Shown piece by piece: positions 36,482 through 50,085 of a stretch of 64,000 bases of DNA. The number at the start of each line of letters is the position of its first letter. Position 1 is the stretch's first letter. Below the pieces are notes generated by a model. That model was not told where the DNA came from and searched no databases. It was given only the letters and a program-made list of their open reading frames with translations. The stretch is from positions 24,727,520 through 24,791,519 of the forward strand of contig OZ316893.1 of assembly GCA_973895155.1 (NCBI GenBank). The letters run 5' to 3'. The translations under genes were made by a program, and so were the position numbers. The stretch is from Marsupella aquatica (taxonomy: Eukaryota; Plantae; Marchantiophyta).

Positions 36482-36983
36482 GGTAGCCCACTAGGGGGGA
36501 CAATACCCAGGGATCCAGCAGGGACCCTGATCAGGAGGGAGAGAGGGTTGGACCAAGGCCCAAAGCATACCAGCTAGGGCCGAGGAGGAACCAGGACTCC
36601 CACCACTACACTCACACTCACACTCACCCTCCACAACCCTTGCATGTGGAGGGGGGATTGAACGTGGGACCTCTTGGTTCTAGGCTCATCCCCTAGCCAA
36701 CTGGCCACAGCCAGTTGGTTCCAAAGAGGTATTTGTTGGCTTTGGTCAGTTGGCCTGGGGATAAGCCTAGAACCGAGAGGTCCCAGGTTCAATCATCCCT
36801 CCACACCAAAGTGGTGTAAAGGATGTGTGTGTGTGTGTGTGTATATTTGTGAGTGGGGTGTATTGGTGGGAATCCTGGTTTCTCGTCAGCCCCTGGCTAG
36901 CTTGTTTTGGAGCCGGTTCAACCCCCCCTCCTTTACTGGGTCCCTGTTGGATCCTTGGGTATTGTCGCCCCTTGCGAGCTACT
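36482..36983. repeat. ~500-bp imperfect inverted repeat with tRNA-like A/B boxes on both arms
   Basis: GACAATACCCAGGGATCCAGCAGGGACCC pairs with GGGTCCCTGTTGGATCCTTGGGTATTGTC. Inner arms pair around ~36730. Confidence 0.8.
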
Positions 36984-37329
36984 CTACAGTGGTGGGAAGA
37001 CCCTATCCTTGTATTGTCGAGAGTATTGAGACTCCCTATTAGGGATTTGGAATCATGAGGAGGAGTGAATGTGCAACTGATGCTTGATGGGACCCAAAAA
37101 TGAAAAGTGTTACTTGATAGGATCCCTGAGTCATCCAGACCCTTGATTGATCAACCTTGATGGACCTTGAATCAACATACACAAAACCTTAGAGTCCTAT
37201 TAAGTAATCTTTTCTTTTTTGTGTCATCAAGCAAATGCCTCATGTTTAGAGCTGATATTTGGTCATTGTAAGGAAACCCTAAACTCTTCAACCACACTTG
37301 CCCTCTGAAAACTTAGGTAACCAGTAACT

Positions 37330-37830
37330 CTCATAAGTTAGTAAGTTTTTTGTTGAAATCATGGATGTACAAAGCTGCAATTGAAGGCATGTAAGCTTTG
37401 CGCCCAACATGTGTTACAAATTGACCATAGTTCAGATTGACTATAATTGGTTTGGCCTCACTATGGTTATTTAACCCTTGATAGTCTATGATAAGATGCA
37501 CTGATTTAGGCCCGCACATCTTACTCCCCCTAAGTTGGGGGATTTAGGTCATTCTTCACATGTACTCCCTTCCAAAGAATTTCCACAAACCAAGACATTC
37601 TCCCAAAAGTCATCAGAAAATCACCGCCCTTGATCCAAGAGATTGTGGAACACATTGTCCACAAGCTTCATGAACATGGCTAGGGCATTTACTAGGCGGA
37701 AAGGCATCACCAAAAACTCGTAGGATTTAAACCGGATCCTAATCATGGCCATACTCGTGAACTTTATCCACCCGTTTATCCACCCAGACTTGGTAATCCA
37801 TCCTAACAAACATACAAATAATCTATTAAA
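37330..37830 (-). pseudogene. gypsy RT fragments
   Basis: YEFLVMPFRLVNALAMFMKLVDNVF and IIDYQGLN. Confidence 0.6.
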
Positions 37831-40210
37831 CTTGAGGGTCTCAATCCAAGGGAGGTCCCATAAAGTTTTCAAGTAATAAACACCCTAAAACTTAAGAAAA
37901 TGAAGTAGTTTTTTTACTATACTCCTAACTTTATGGAATATTCTAGGAATATTTTCACATTTGGTACTTAAAAAACCCCTATAGTTTTATAATTCTCAAA
38001 ATTGGATATCTTATATGTCTCTATTCAAAAGATGTCTTATAATTCAGACAAACTCTTATTGGTTTGATCGATGGGGACACCAGCAAGGACAGATTTTATT
38101 ACATCAGCAGACAACAAAGTTTTTCTAATCACTCGCAGCAGAAAATTAGGTGTCACCAAACTAGAGGTTTGAAGTATGATTTGAACATGGTTTGGTATCG
38201 GGCCCCTTGGCCTGACTAGGGTTCCATTGGTTTGCTTGGGCGCGCTGCTCCTCTTGTTCCACAGCTTGGGCAGTTTTTGCTCCCTTGCCTGGTTTTGATG
38301 GGTCCCCGCGCCCCTATTTCTGGTATAAAAACAGAAAACAAAAGCAAAACCTATTAGCAAAAAGCCAAAAAACTCGTAAAATTACATCAAACATTCAAAG
38401 ATGTGGGCTTTGTCTTTCACAAAAACAACTACTGTACTAAGATGTTACTAGCATCAAATCTTGAATGCCAAAACAAATTCTAGTCCACTTGATTCAATCG
38501 CCATGTCAACTACTTTGCCAAATGGCAAGCAAAGCAACACTAGGTCTCAACTCTAAGTTTATGCTGACATTCTGTTTGGGGCCGGTTTGGGGAAAAAGAG
38601 ACACATCTATTGGGATTGTTTTGTAGCACGAAAAAGAAAACTGAAAGGAAATCAATCACATATGAAAGGTTTTGTGCAAAGTGAAATATTGTTTACAGAG
38701 TGTGTATGCCCAGAAAGACAGGCCAGAGATTGACCCGCTCCATAGGGAATAAGTTATGGTTCACCTCTGTCTCATAGCATGTCTCATTTTCCCTTCATTC
38801 TCGATCAACTGCCACCTCAAGTGCAGTAGCCATCACCACGTCAGGCACAAAGCTCACATGCCTTCAGCCGCATGGCTTTTCAGAGTTACATCGTCCTGGA
38901 TTTCTGGATATTCGCCTAAAGTTGCCAAAACGTTACGGGTCAAGTCTTGAACCAGCATGTTTTCCTTTCGATAACCAAAGATCGATTTCCATAACTTTTA
39001 CAGGAGTTTCTATAGTATATGAGTTATAGGAGGACCTTATCTTGTTAAAGGCCGGGCTTTGGGATACCCTATTAGTGCCCAGAATTCTCAAGTAAAAGGA
39101 CCGCTGTATTTAGGAGTATCTGAATATTCAGGAGTCTTCTCTGAAAAGTCCAACCCTTACAAGTCTTTGAGTCAAGGTAATTGCACAACAAAATGTGACA
39201 AGATGGCATGTACCATGCATAACAACATGGCTCGGACTATGAATAACACTAGGTGATTTTGAACAGAATAATTGGGGATATCTGTATGCAGTGGACAGTA
39301 TCCAATGTACTACGAATCACAGAGTGATTTGCCCAAAATAATTGGGTTTATACAGTATGGAATTACATAGTACATGCATCATCTAGTATATTGTCACATT
39401 TTGATGCACAATTCCGGGACCTGGGTCTCTATGAAGAGAAAATACAAATAGGATGGACCATCTTTCATGGACAAAATAGCCACAAATCCTGCAAATATCT
39501 TTCATTGTAAGTCCTCATTTGGAAAATACACACTACAAAAAACTGGTAGAATTTCGAGTGGGCAGTACAGGGGTACAATTTTAGCATAAGAATGAGTCAA
39601 CATCAGACTCTTGTACTCCTTTCTAGGATGATGAAAAAAATCAGGCCTATATAAGTGAAATCTTACGCGATGGTTAGGATTGAACTGCCTACGCACATCG
39701 TTTCCTTCTCGTATTACTTTGCTGCCCAACTGCAAAGGCGCAAAGGCTATAAATTGCTTCACTCTCTCCCTTTCACTGCCTTCTTACAACTCTCTATTTG
39801 CGCAACTGTAGTTATATTTCTCTGCAAGGGTATTGCAGTCTCTCAACTATAAATTAACGACTGCACTTCTCTAGTATTGACAAGAATCTCTGCCAATGTA
39901 TTGGCTCATCCAGTTGGACGAAGACAAATCCCGATGAAGCTGCGTATCCAAAACTGTTTTGTGGTTGTCACTCACGGAAGTAAAAGATATTTATTGCAAT
40001 TCTCCACGCCCTTCTCCAAATTTACCCGGAAAAAAACACAGATGTACAGAACCTTGATCAGTCTCGTTCCAACCACTACACGTAGGTTACAAATCGCCCA
40101 AGACTATTCAAGGGTGGCCATTCTTCATCATAGGCCAGCTCCGTCCTAAAAAAAGGCCACAACCTTTTTTGAAGTAGGCAATCTAACAACAAACCGAACC
40201 ACAAACAAGC

Positions 40211-43200
40211 TCAATTCATGTACTCGTCTCGTCCAGCTCCTTTACTGACACTTGATTGTTGCGAATTAGGCGACGATGGTTGTGGTGACTGTGCCGACGA
40301 AGGTCTCTGCGAAAGTGCTTTCAGCTCATTCATGAGATCTGCAAAACTTGGTCTCAATTTCGTATCACTGCAATCCAACATTCAAAGTCAGTGGAAGTGG
40401 TATGCACATTTAATTTTTGTTTTGTTTTGTTTTTTCAGTGAAAAAGCACCTAAATCGAAAAGCACTTTAGAAAAGAGTTCAACATACGTTCGCCAACAGG
40501 CTTGGATGATAGCGGCAATAGCAGGGTCGATGTGGTCCGGAATTGCTAATCTTCTATGTTGGAAGCCAACGGCACCTACAACCTGACAAATTGTCCAGGG
40601 CAGATGCAAATCAGGTGAAAGTAATGCAATCAGTTTATTGTCGGATTTTTTCGAGAAATCTACTGAGTATGAACGACAGCCACATTCTCTCCAAACCGCC
40701 CCATATAGCTCGACATATACGTCCTATCATGTAGCCCGTCAATGACATTACACATATCAAATTTAGTATCGATTGCAACTCAGTGTGGGTTCCATTACAG
40801 TGGTCCAAACAGCATTTGACTAATCACCACTTCGGGTTTGGCAAAAATGATCTCAAATAAAAGGTTGGTTGATATATATATTTGCGTCTACATTAATGCG
40901 TCAAGATGATTTTGACCTCGTTCAGAAGTAGTGTGGACCAGACTAAATTAGACGTCGACCTAATACTTGCACAATTCTGAATTGGTGTGGACATGATTAG
41001 ATATTGTGGACAGCGTAGCACGCAGTCAAACATCCGTTGTCAGGACATCAGTCATCTAGTCCTGCAAACTTCCTAAGGGCAAACTCATACCTGAATTGGA
41101 TTCATTCCATTCCAGGGAACTTGGAGAGTAGCAAGTTCCCATAAGATAACTCCGAAACTATAGACATCCGATCTGGCAAGTTACAACAGCATTTGAAGTC
41201 AGGAACATCACAACCATAATCTTCATAAATGGCTAGTTTCCCAAGACCGTCCTGAACAAGTCATTAGATGTTGAAGACTTCAGAGAACCCTGAAATACTT
41301 AACGGTACTACACTCTTAATGAAAGTATCAAAAGTAAAACTCAACAACCGAATCGAAAGCTTTGCTGTCAAAAAACTGTCATCAATTACTTTTCATCAGA
41401 GGGCTCATTCCGCAGAACCTCCGGTGCCATCCACTCTGGCTGCACAAATTGGACAAAGGCAAGCTTTTAACCAACCCGCATTTTATCAATGTTACCGCGA
41501 AGAAGTTAGCAAAGGGCCATGCTGCACTATTAAGTTTTCTGCCTCTAACAGGCTGCCCTCCTGTACAACTATATTTCAGAACAAGAGTATAAAGGAACAA
41601 ACCATTTATCCTTCCGCAGCAAGGGTTGTGCAACATGAAAGTGTAGAGATGACTTATAATAGCTCAAGTTTGTAAATCGAATTAATCAATGACCATGTAT
41701 CTCATAAGATAATACGAAGTATAAGAAAAGAGCTTACTGTTCCTGCACTGGACTTCGATGATAAGAAAGTACTGTGCTTCTGTCTTGAAAGACCAAAATC
41801 GGCGACCTGCAAGAAATGCCATTGATGGTTGGCCCCCACGTTTGAAAGAGTTCATTGTGTCAGCTGGGCATAGGCTTTGGGTCTCAACTTAAGTGACCAA
41901 CAATCCTCTCAGCAGTTCTGCAAGCTACGTTCCTGTAGAGCATGTGGTTCTTAAACTGGGTTTCTTCCGGTACGAGATCAATCATCGTGGACGACACAGC
42001 CTTAAATAGATGGACATTCCCCTTTACATATTTTTCCTGGGAGAAAAATTGTCGCCTCCAAGGCGTGAAGCTCAACTATCTAGACAATTGAAGAATGAGA
42101 TCCATATTGCAGTAAATGCAATAAACCAATGTAGCATTCCTTTGATAGCAAAGCGAGGGGATGAAAGTGATTATTTTCGAAGTCAATTGATCCAACACCT
42201 CCACATGGAAACTAAGAAGGAAGTACCGGAGGCTAAAGTTTACCAACCTTAACCGTCCAGTTTTTGTCCACAAGAAGATTTGGAGATTTCAGGTCCCTAT
42301 GTACTACAGGCGGTGAACAGCGGTGCAGATAGTTCATGCCCTTAGCCTATCAACAACTCACAACATTCAAGTTAGTCTCCCTTTCAGCAAAACCTTTCTT
42401 GTCAACAACATGCTGCTCCTACACAATGAAAAGACCTAAACTGGTGTTTCTAGCCATGCCCCAAAGTCCGATCCACAATAGCGACCAGAACGTCTTGCAA
42501 GTGCATTCACTCCCCACAGCCACATACCACGTCCGTAGCCATGCGAATTCGCCTGCGATCATCCAGCTCTCTATTTGGTCGATGAAGTAGTCTATACAGA
42601 CTTCCTCTGTATTGCAAGAAAACTGAAAGTGAGGATCCATAGTAAAGACAATAGAGATAAACCAAATATAAGGAATGTGAAGTAACACCAACCAACACGA
42701 GAAACAGGATATTCTCTGGCACGAGAGTCCACGACCTGATGGAATTCTGAGTTGCAAGAAGTTCATGGTTGTGCAAGATAAAATGTCATCACAAGTTCCC
42801 CTGGCTGGAGGAAAATCACAAACAAAAACAAGGAGAGCAAAAGCATTTGTTACAACGGAGCATTAGCCCACCCCATCAGAAAAGTAAGAGGCCACCGGAA
42901 ATTTTACCTGGGGCAAAATTCAGTTATGATTGACAGATTTGGAGGTTTTGTGACAGCTCCCATGAATAAAACAATGTTCGGATGACGCAACCGGCGCATG
43001 AGTGCCACCTTCAAGAGTCAACACAACTTCACAACGTCAACTAAAACATGTCCGTACCCAATTACCTTCATGACGAAAGTACTTGGAGCCCTTTTCTTTT
43101 TTAACATGACTAGTTCAGCACTTTAATCAGATATCTGATAGATCAGCCATGAATGACCGAGTGACGCAGACTGAATCCACCACCAGTCACATAGATTCGA

Positions 43201-46200
43201 GAACCTCATCCAAAGATCGAGCTTACATACCTCACTCTTAAACTCCTCCAAGGCCTCCGTTTTCAGGTCCTGATCAAGAAACACTTTGACAGCAACATCC
43301 TGAACAGAGGTAGACGAAAATTAATGCCCACCTGACCATACAACCTGGCTTCTAAGGAAGTGCCTTGAACCTATAAGATGGTCACGACTTCAAACTGTCT
43401 ATATGTGTGCTCAATTGTGAAGAGGATAAGCAGACACGCCAGTCTAAACAAACGCACACAAACGTGTCACAAATAAATTTCTCAATAATAAGGGAAAGAA
43501 CATCTATACTGCTTGACATTGAATTATTGTGATACGTATTCCCTTACTGGGTTTTAACATGGAGGTAGAATAACCTCGCACCCCAGATAAATCAGTGGAT
43601 GAACGACAGATGACAAACGTAGCAACGAAAACAGATGCATCAAAGTAGTCAAACTTACCGAGCCCTTACAATCTGCACGATAGACTTTCCCGTAGGACCC
43701 TGTAAGAATGCAAATAACCTTTTTCAGTACACTCATACCCCGACCCCATTAGTATGCTTATGATGAGTTAATGACTCCGGTATGAGGGTCGCAAATCACG
43801 TGACAAAGTTGAAAATGGTATGATCGGAACAGTAGGACAATTTTGTAGGCATCAGAAGCTCGAAGAGCTAACCAAAGAAAACAGAAAACTTGAATCTCCA
43901 AACTGCTCACCTTGTCCAATCCGTTCACCCATGACCACATCCTCCCAAGCAATCTCACAGTCACTGGACTGAGAAGCGATCTGGTCAAGCATCCTACTAG
44001 GGCCATCTTGTTTCCCAGAGTCATCTGATCCAGTATTTCGCCTGCCTTCTCTTGCCCAGGCTCTCTCATAATTCTGATCAGCCTCTTCTCGCGGAGAATC
44101 TAAATTCCGTGACGCACGGCCGGACGGAACCCTTTGAAATTGATCTTTCACGTCCGAAGTCTTTGTTGCATTTTCTAAAAAGAAGTTCCCCTCATCGACT
44201 TGTGTCAACCGAATTTTCGGATCTGCTTGGCTTGTCAAACCTCGTCTGTCCAGAAGATTAACTACCCCGTACTTCTCTCTATCAACATCGTACCCTCTTG
44301 CTTTATTACTCGCCCCTTGGGAGCTCCCCGCCTGGAAAAAGTCGAGCCCTTCATGGATCGGCATATCCCCACCATTCATTCTTGTTGGTGAGCCAAAATT
44401 ACGAATTGGGTCAGAATGTTTTTGCCTCTGTGGACTCTCTCCAGCACTGTATCCATCTCTATTTTTTGGCTCACCTCTGGTCCAATGCAGGACTGAGACG
44501 TTACTGCCAGCAAACGGGTTCATTCGCTCAAATTGGAGTGGAGATGGTATTACAGTTGGCGGAGGGGCAAGTCTCTTGTCGGGAGTCATTCTCGTGCCAG
44601 GATTGACGAGAAGGTCTATCATCCACTCCCTGCCAGTTGAACAATATGAGACATGTCATTTGGAACTCGTAAACCAACGAAACGATAGCCTGACAAACAG
44701 TAAGAATTCCGGAGCATGAACAAACTCACGACACGAGCACTTACTTCTCATCGCTACACTTCACAACCACTGATGCGTCATTATCTTTGCCACAGAAGGC
44801 ACTTCCCCGAACAAGGCGGCATGGCAAACCGACGCTATCAGCCAGAACCTGAAAGCAAAGGTCCCACCAATTTTTTAGGTTTAGGTGTCGCGGGTGTCGT
44901 GGTGTCACTATCATGCAACTCAAACTTAACAGCCTGTCAAAGTAGGGACGTTTATCCACACCTTGAAAAGGAGTGCACGATGTCGAGATAGCCCAACCCT
45001 AAGGACCCCAATGGGGAGAATAATGGAGCCTAGCACCTGCATCAGCTTATTGCTAGCTGTTTTCCACTCCTTTTCTAGCACCTCATCCGATCTCAGAGGA
45101 CCGCCCATGACATTTGCAACCATTTTGGCCAGTTCACTTGCCATGTCCAGCACGTCTGTGGATTCATATGCGAGGCCGACTGCCTTATCTTCAAGCTCAT
45201 TCAATGTAGGGTCCATGTTTCTATCAACTAAGACTACTTCAAAAGTGGCCTCAGTGTACGACACCGCCCGCAGGTTTTCTAATGGAGGCATCCGGCCTAG
45301 CTCGTTTGAATCTGTGCACATGCTCCACACATAAGGGCTCATGCCCCAGACTTCATAAAATCCGTCCTCGACACGGTCATCGTAACCCAAACAGCTGCTC
45401 ACCTGTTAAGACGAAACCACCACTCATTGAGAATCGCACTCTATTCCATCATGAAGCAAAGGCGTCCGTCCAAAGAATCATGACATCAAGGAGACTCGAG
45501 AGAACTTACCCAGTAGCGGTAGGCTGTCGCTTCCGTTTTAGTCATGCCAGCCAGCTGTTTGGCAATCCCCTTCGGACCCCGAACATTAGCTAAATCTGGG
45601 TCATCAACAGCTGCCGCCTCGGCGGCAACTCGCAAGGCCAAAGCCAACTGGAGCTGAAAATCTTCCTCAGCTTGCTGAAAATTCAGACCAGGTCCAATAC
45701 CAGCAGTCCACATGTTATCCACAAAACATCGTTCACTGGGGCTGCCAACTGAAGAAGCATCTGGAGCTGTTGCCGAACCTGGGGCACTTCCACTGGAAGA
45801 TCTAGAGAGGGACTTAGTGCAGATTCTCATCTGTGGTACGACTGAGGAATTCCCCATGATCTCCTTCACAACCTCCTGCAAGCCAGAGCTATCACAAGAC
45901 CCACTTTCTCCTCCCGCATGATGCTTTGAGGGAACAACCGGAGGTAAAGACGATCCATCTCCCTCCCCTCTATCTCCTTCCACGCCATCATTGGGTACGT
46001 ACACGGGGAAAGTTTGAGAATGTTCGATGGGGCGCCCAGTACTGATTGGCTGAATTGGGCCTCTTCGAGCATGGTCACTACCCAACTCTTCCCAAGGACT
46101 TTTGTGTGGTTCTGAATTCACCTGTGTGAAATCCCCTTGCCGTTGGCCCGTTCCAATCGTAAGTTTGCGCAACAGTTGCTGCACAGAGGCCCGCCCAACC

Positions 46201-47787
46201 CTCTGGGAAGAACAAATGCACAATATATGAGAAACGCCGACACCTGTAATCGTTAATGAGAAGACCCGCTGAAAACTCTCGACAAGTCATCCTACAAACA
46301 AGGATGCATTCGCAGCATTGACTGCTTAGAAAGAACTTCTACTAGCAGATAGGTCTTGCCCCTATCTAACCGTAAAACTAGCAGCTCAAGAAACCTCAAA
46401 ATGGACCGGAACATTGAGCTGATGTTCACCAGAAAGTTGCTGCTGCTATCAGCATTTGACTTCGCATCAGGGAGACTATCCTCCCCCTGGCTTTCTGCTT
46501 CGAGGTGTACTCGTCTCCAACTCAGCATGTTCTTACCGTCATCAGAACCAGTTGGAGTGATTTTTTCTTTATCACTTTCAATTAAAATACCTTCATCCGA
46601 CTGACTCCGTCTTATTGGTGTAGTCTTCACAGTTGGTAGAGAACTGACATCAAAGGAGAATGATACAATTCCTATTATTTTGTGATTGCTGTCCACGATG
46701 GGTGTGTCTGTCACCACGGTGCTTATGATCACCCCATCTTTGCGAAGAGCTGGATAAGGTCCTGACCATGACTCTCCATGACTTACTCTTCCAATGACCT
46801 CTATTAAGTCCTTCTCAAGATTCTTAGGGGAAAGCAGCTGAACAACGTTTTGACCAAGGACCTCCTCCGCTTTCCATATGTAGATGGATTCCGCGGCTCG
46901 ATTCCTACACATGCAAACAAGATTTTATACCGGTCCTCCCAATCATTAATAAAGCTCATCTTGCCCACGCTCTGACGTACAATCAAATCACACCAAAGGA
47001 AAGCCAGCGGTCCGGATTAAAATGCAGAAAACTTCGACTTCCCATTCACAGAATTGTGGACCCGATTTCTAAATTTCAAATGGGTGAGACATGCACGTTC
47101 GTATCTATGCCATGAGATTCAAGGAAAATGGCTGATTGATCGAGGAAAGAAATCACACCAACGAGTGATGTTCCCTCGGAGATCTGTGCAAATAACAGCT
47201 TGTCCAATCGACTGAATGAGCAGCACTTCACTAACGGTCATGCTCCTTTTCGAGCCGGTCGCAGAGGTTGGCAAATTGGCAAAGTCCCAGTGAGAACGAG
47301 CTCCTTTCTCTGCCGCTTCCTGTGCTAGAAGTAGTGCACTCTCTTCCTGGTCAATCACACCACCTCTCATCTCTGTCTTGTCCACCGCCCCCACCATTTT
47401 CAGCCGCTCCGAATGTGCCCTCTGCATCGTCTTGGGAGCACCACTCCCTTGTTCAGGAACATCAGAAGGAGAACCTCGTTGCTCCATAGCTTCTAGGTCC
47501 GCCTGCTGATGTCTCTGCATGTGCTTGTCACTGACGCAACGCCGAATCCATGGATCTTGTCCAGTAATCGAGTTGTCGGGGGTGAGGAGAGTCCCACTAC
47601 CATACCCTCCTAGACTACTGCTCTGCTGCTGAGCATCCCTACTTTCTAATCCACACATCCGCCGCTCATGAGCGCCACACGGAGCGTCTTCTCTCGCCTG
47701 TAAAGAACACGAAAGGTCTGAGATTGCATTTTCCTGATACGCATTACCAAGCCTGGAGCTCGGAACAGGTAATAACGGCTCCACCAT
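40211..47787 (-). CDS. ARK: B3 Raf-like MAPKKK with PAS and EDR1 domains (ARK/ANR/CTR1L type), multi-exon
   Basis: PAS: [42 protein letters not shown]1: [46 protein letters not shown]. Kinase: [38 protein letters not shown]. Stop at 40211. Start ATG inferred. Confidence 0.9.
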
Positions 47788-49431
47788 ATCCACATTACTC
47801 GTCCCGTGCACCTCGTTCCTGCTCAATGCTTAGCGTTCTACAACACAAGAAGCTATGAACATGACGATGATGACGATGATGTCCCCAGGACGAATTCACT
47901 AAAGGCTGTGACAACGAACCACCCTGTATCCAGCCCACCACGGAATCCGCTTTAGCATGAGGTCCACTCCCTTTTACACGAAGCAGAAATGCGCACCCAA
48001 AGAAAAGAATTCTAGAATTCAATCCCCCCGGTACAACCAAGAAGCATATCGACATGGTGCTAGATTTTACGTCGCAATTCTCAGCCTCCGAGCTGCTTAA
48101 CTAGAAAGATCTTCATCATCACGTAACAGAGTACAAGGCACGACAACCAGGCACACGAAGCTACTTAACAAAGATAGCTATCCATATGCTTCACAAACAT
48201 ACCTATGTACAGCAAGTTTCAGACAAAAGGAGTGCTCCGAGTCATTCTTCAGTGGACGGGAGGCGAAACGAAAAATCTACCTCTGCGTGGATGCTGCGGG
48301 CTCTACCATATTCTGGACAAAGCCATACTCCACCGCTGAGTGTACATAGGCGGCCCGCCCGTAATCGCCACAGAAAACCATCATCCAGTCAGCCTCGGAC
48401 ACAAACCTCCTCCATCCCCTTCGTACAGACAGTCGGGGCCGCCCGCCCCGCCCCGCCCCGCCCCGCCGCTCCCCTCCCCTCCCCTATGCGCCCGACCTTG
48501 GAATCCGGATCCAACAAAAGCCCCGCCCAGATCTGTTGTGCATAACAAAAGCTCCAGAAAAGGAATTCTCACCAACGATCTCACTCCCGAGGATCGACCG
48601 CATTCATCCCGTTTCCGTGCCTGGCCTTCGCACTACCGCGACAAGACGACCACCGCCAACCTTCTGTCTTCCTCCACGCAGGCATGATGACTTCCTCCAT
48701 AGGTCTTCCTCCAAGCCCGCCTGCTTCCTACCTACAGTACACTATTATTATTCTCACCTCATCTCCTACTCTCCTCCCATCTCGTCTCTCATCCTTTCGT
48801 GCTTTCTGCGTCATTTCTTTCTCCTCTCATGCTCCAGCAGTCCAGCTTCTCTCTCTCTCTCGACAACGACGACGACGTCGACACTTGCACGCCATCAAAT
48901 CTTCGTCACCGTCTCCTCCGTTGCGCCTACGATCCTAGGCTACTTTCTCCACCGGCCCTTTCTCTCGCTTCTGTCGAAAACAAATCCGCCACAACTGGAC
49001 TTTCTGCCCGTCCTGAGCCAGCACCATAGACTACGACTCAACATCGAGCGAATTCCTTTTTTCGTCCGCGAGCTTTTCCGTGCACCATAGCTTTTCCGTG
49101 CACCATAGCTTCTCCGTCTCTCAGGGTATCATTCTGAGGTCTCCCCCATCGCCAATTGCAGCTGCCAACTCGCAGATGACGCCTCCCCGAGGAACGGCAC
49201 CACCATGGTTGTCCAGAGAAGACGGCACAGCACAGCACAGCACAGCACAACACTCCAGATTTAATAATACCTCGTGCGCCTCCTCCGCTGACCGCTAGCG
49301 ACGCTGCTAAGCTTTGATGATAATAATTATGATAATAATTATTACTAGGAACAAGAACGGCTGCAGCATACGGTCCAGGACTGCCCATGGAGACGCTACT
49401 CGCTCGCATCCACACAAATGAACAAATTAAC

Positions 49432-50085
49432 CAGCCCTCCTAATAATTCCAAATAAGGCACCACCTAACCTGCCCATGTATGTGCGCCCTGCTAAATCCT
49501 AATAATGTCAAATAAGGGGCACCACTGTTTACTAACCTGCCCATGCATGTCCTTGAGGTTTGCACAAACCAGCCCTCCTAAAGATTCCAAATAAGGGGCA
49601 CCACCGTGTTTACTAACCTGCCCATGCATGTCCTTGAGGTTTGCACAAACCAGTTCTCCTAATGATTCCAAATAGGGGGCACCACCGTGTTTACTAACCT
49701 CCCCAGGCATATCCTTGAGGTTTGCAGAAACCTGCCCTCCTAATAATTCTAAATAAGGGGCACCACTGTTTACTAACCTGCCCATGCATGTCCTTGAGGT
49801 TCGGACAAACCTGCCCTCCTAATAATTCCAAATAAGGGGCACCACTGTTTACTAACCTGTCCATGTCCTTCAGGTTTGCACAAGCCAGCCCTCCTAACAT
49901 GCAATTCCAAATAAGGGGCACCACCGTGTTCAGTAACCTGCCCATGTCCTTGGGGTTTAACCTGTCTTCCAAACTATTTTAATCATAATCCCCAATGTCC
50001 TTGAGGTTTAACCTATCTTCCAAACTATTTTAATCATAGTCCCCAATGTCCTTGAGGTTTAACCTATGGTCCAAACTATTTTATT
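49432..50085. repeat. ~80-bp minisatellite (6-7 units) followed by ~50-bp units
   Basis: CCTAATAATTCCAAATAAGGGGCACCACTGTTTACTAACCTGCCCATGCATGTCCTTGAGGTT repeated. Confidence 0.92.

Noticed and set aside
38037-38360. 107-aa minus-strand ORF
   Set aside because: No recognisable family or splice context.
48186-49415. Several overlapping 100-180 aa ORFs
   Set aside because: Low-complexity GC/CT-rich promoter or 5' UTR sequence of the kinase gene with no domain signal.
49492-49972. ORFs with repeated GAPYLE..NLKDM peptides
   Set aside because: They are translations of the 80-bp minisatellite, and unit length is not a stable multiple of 3.
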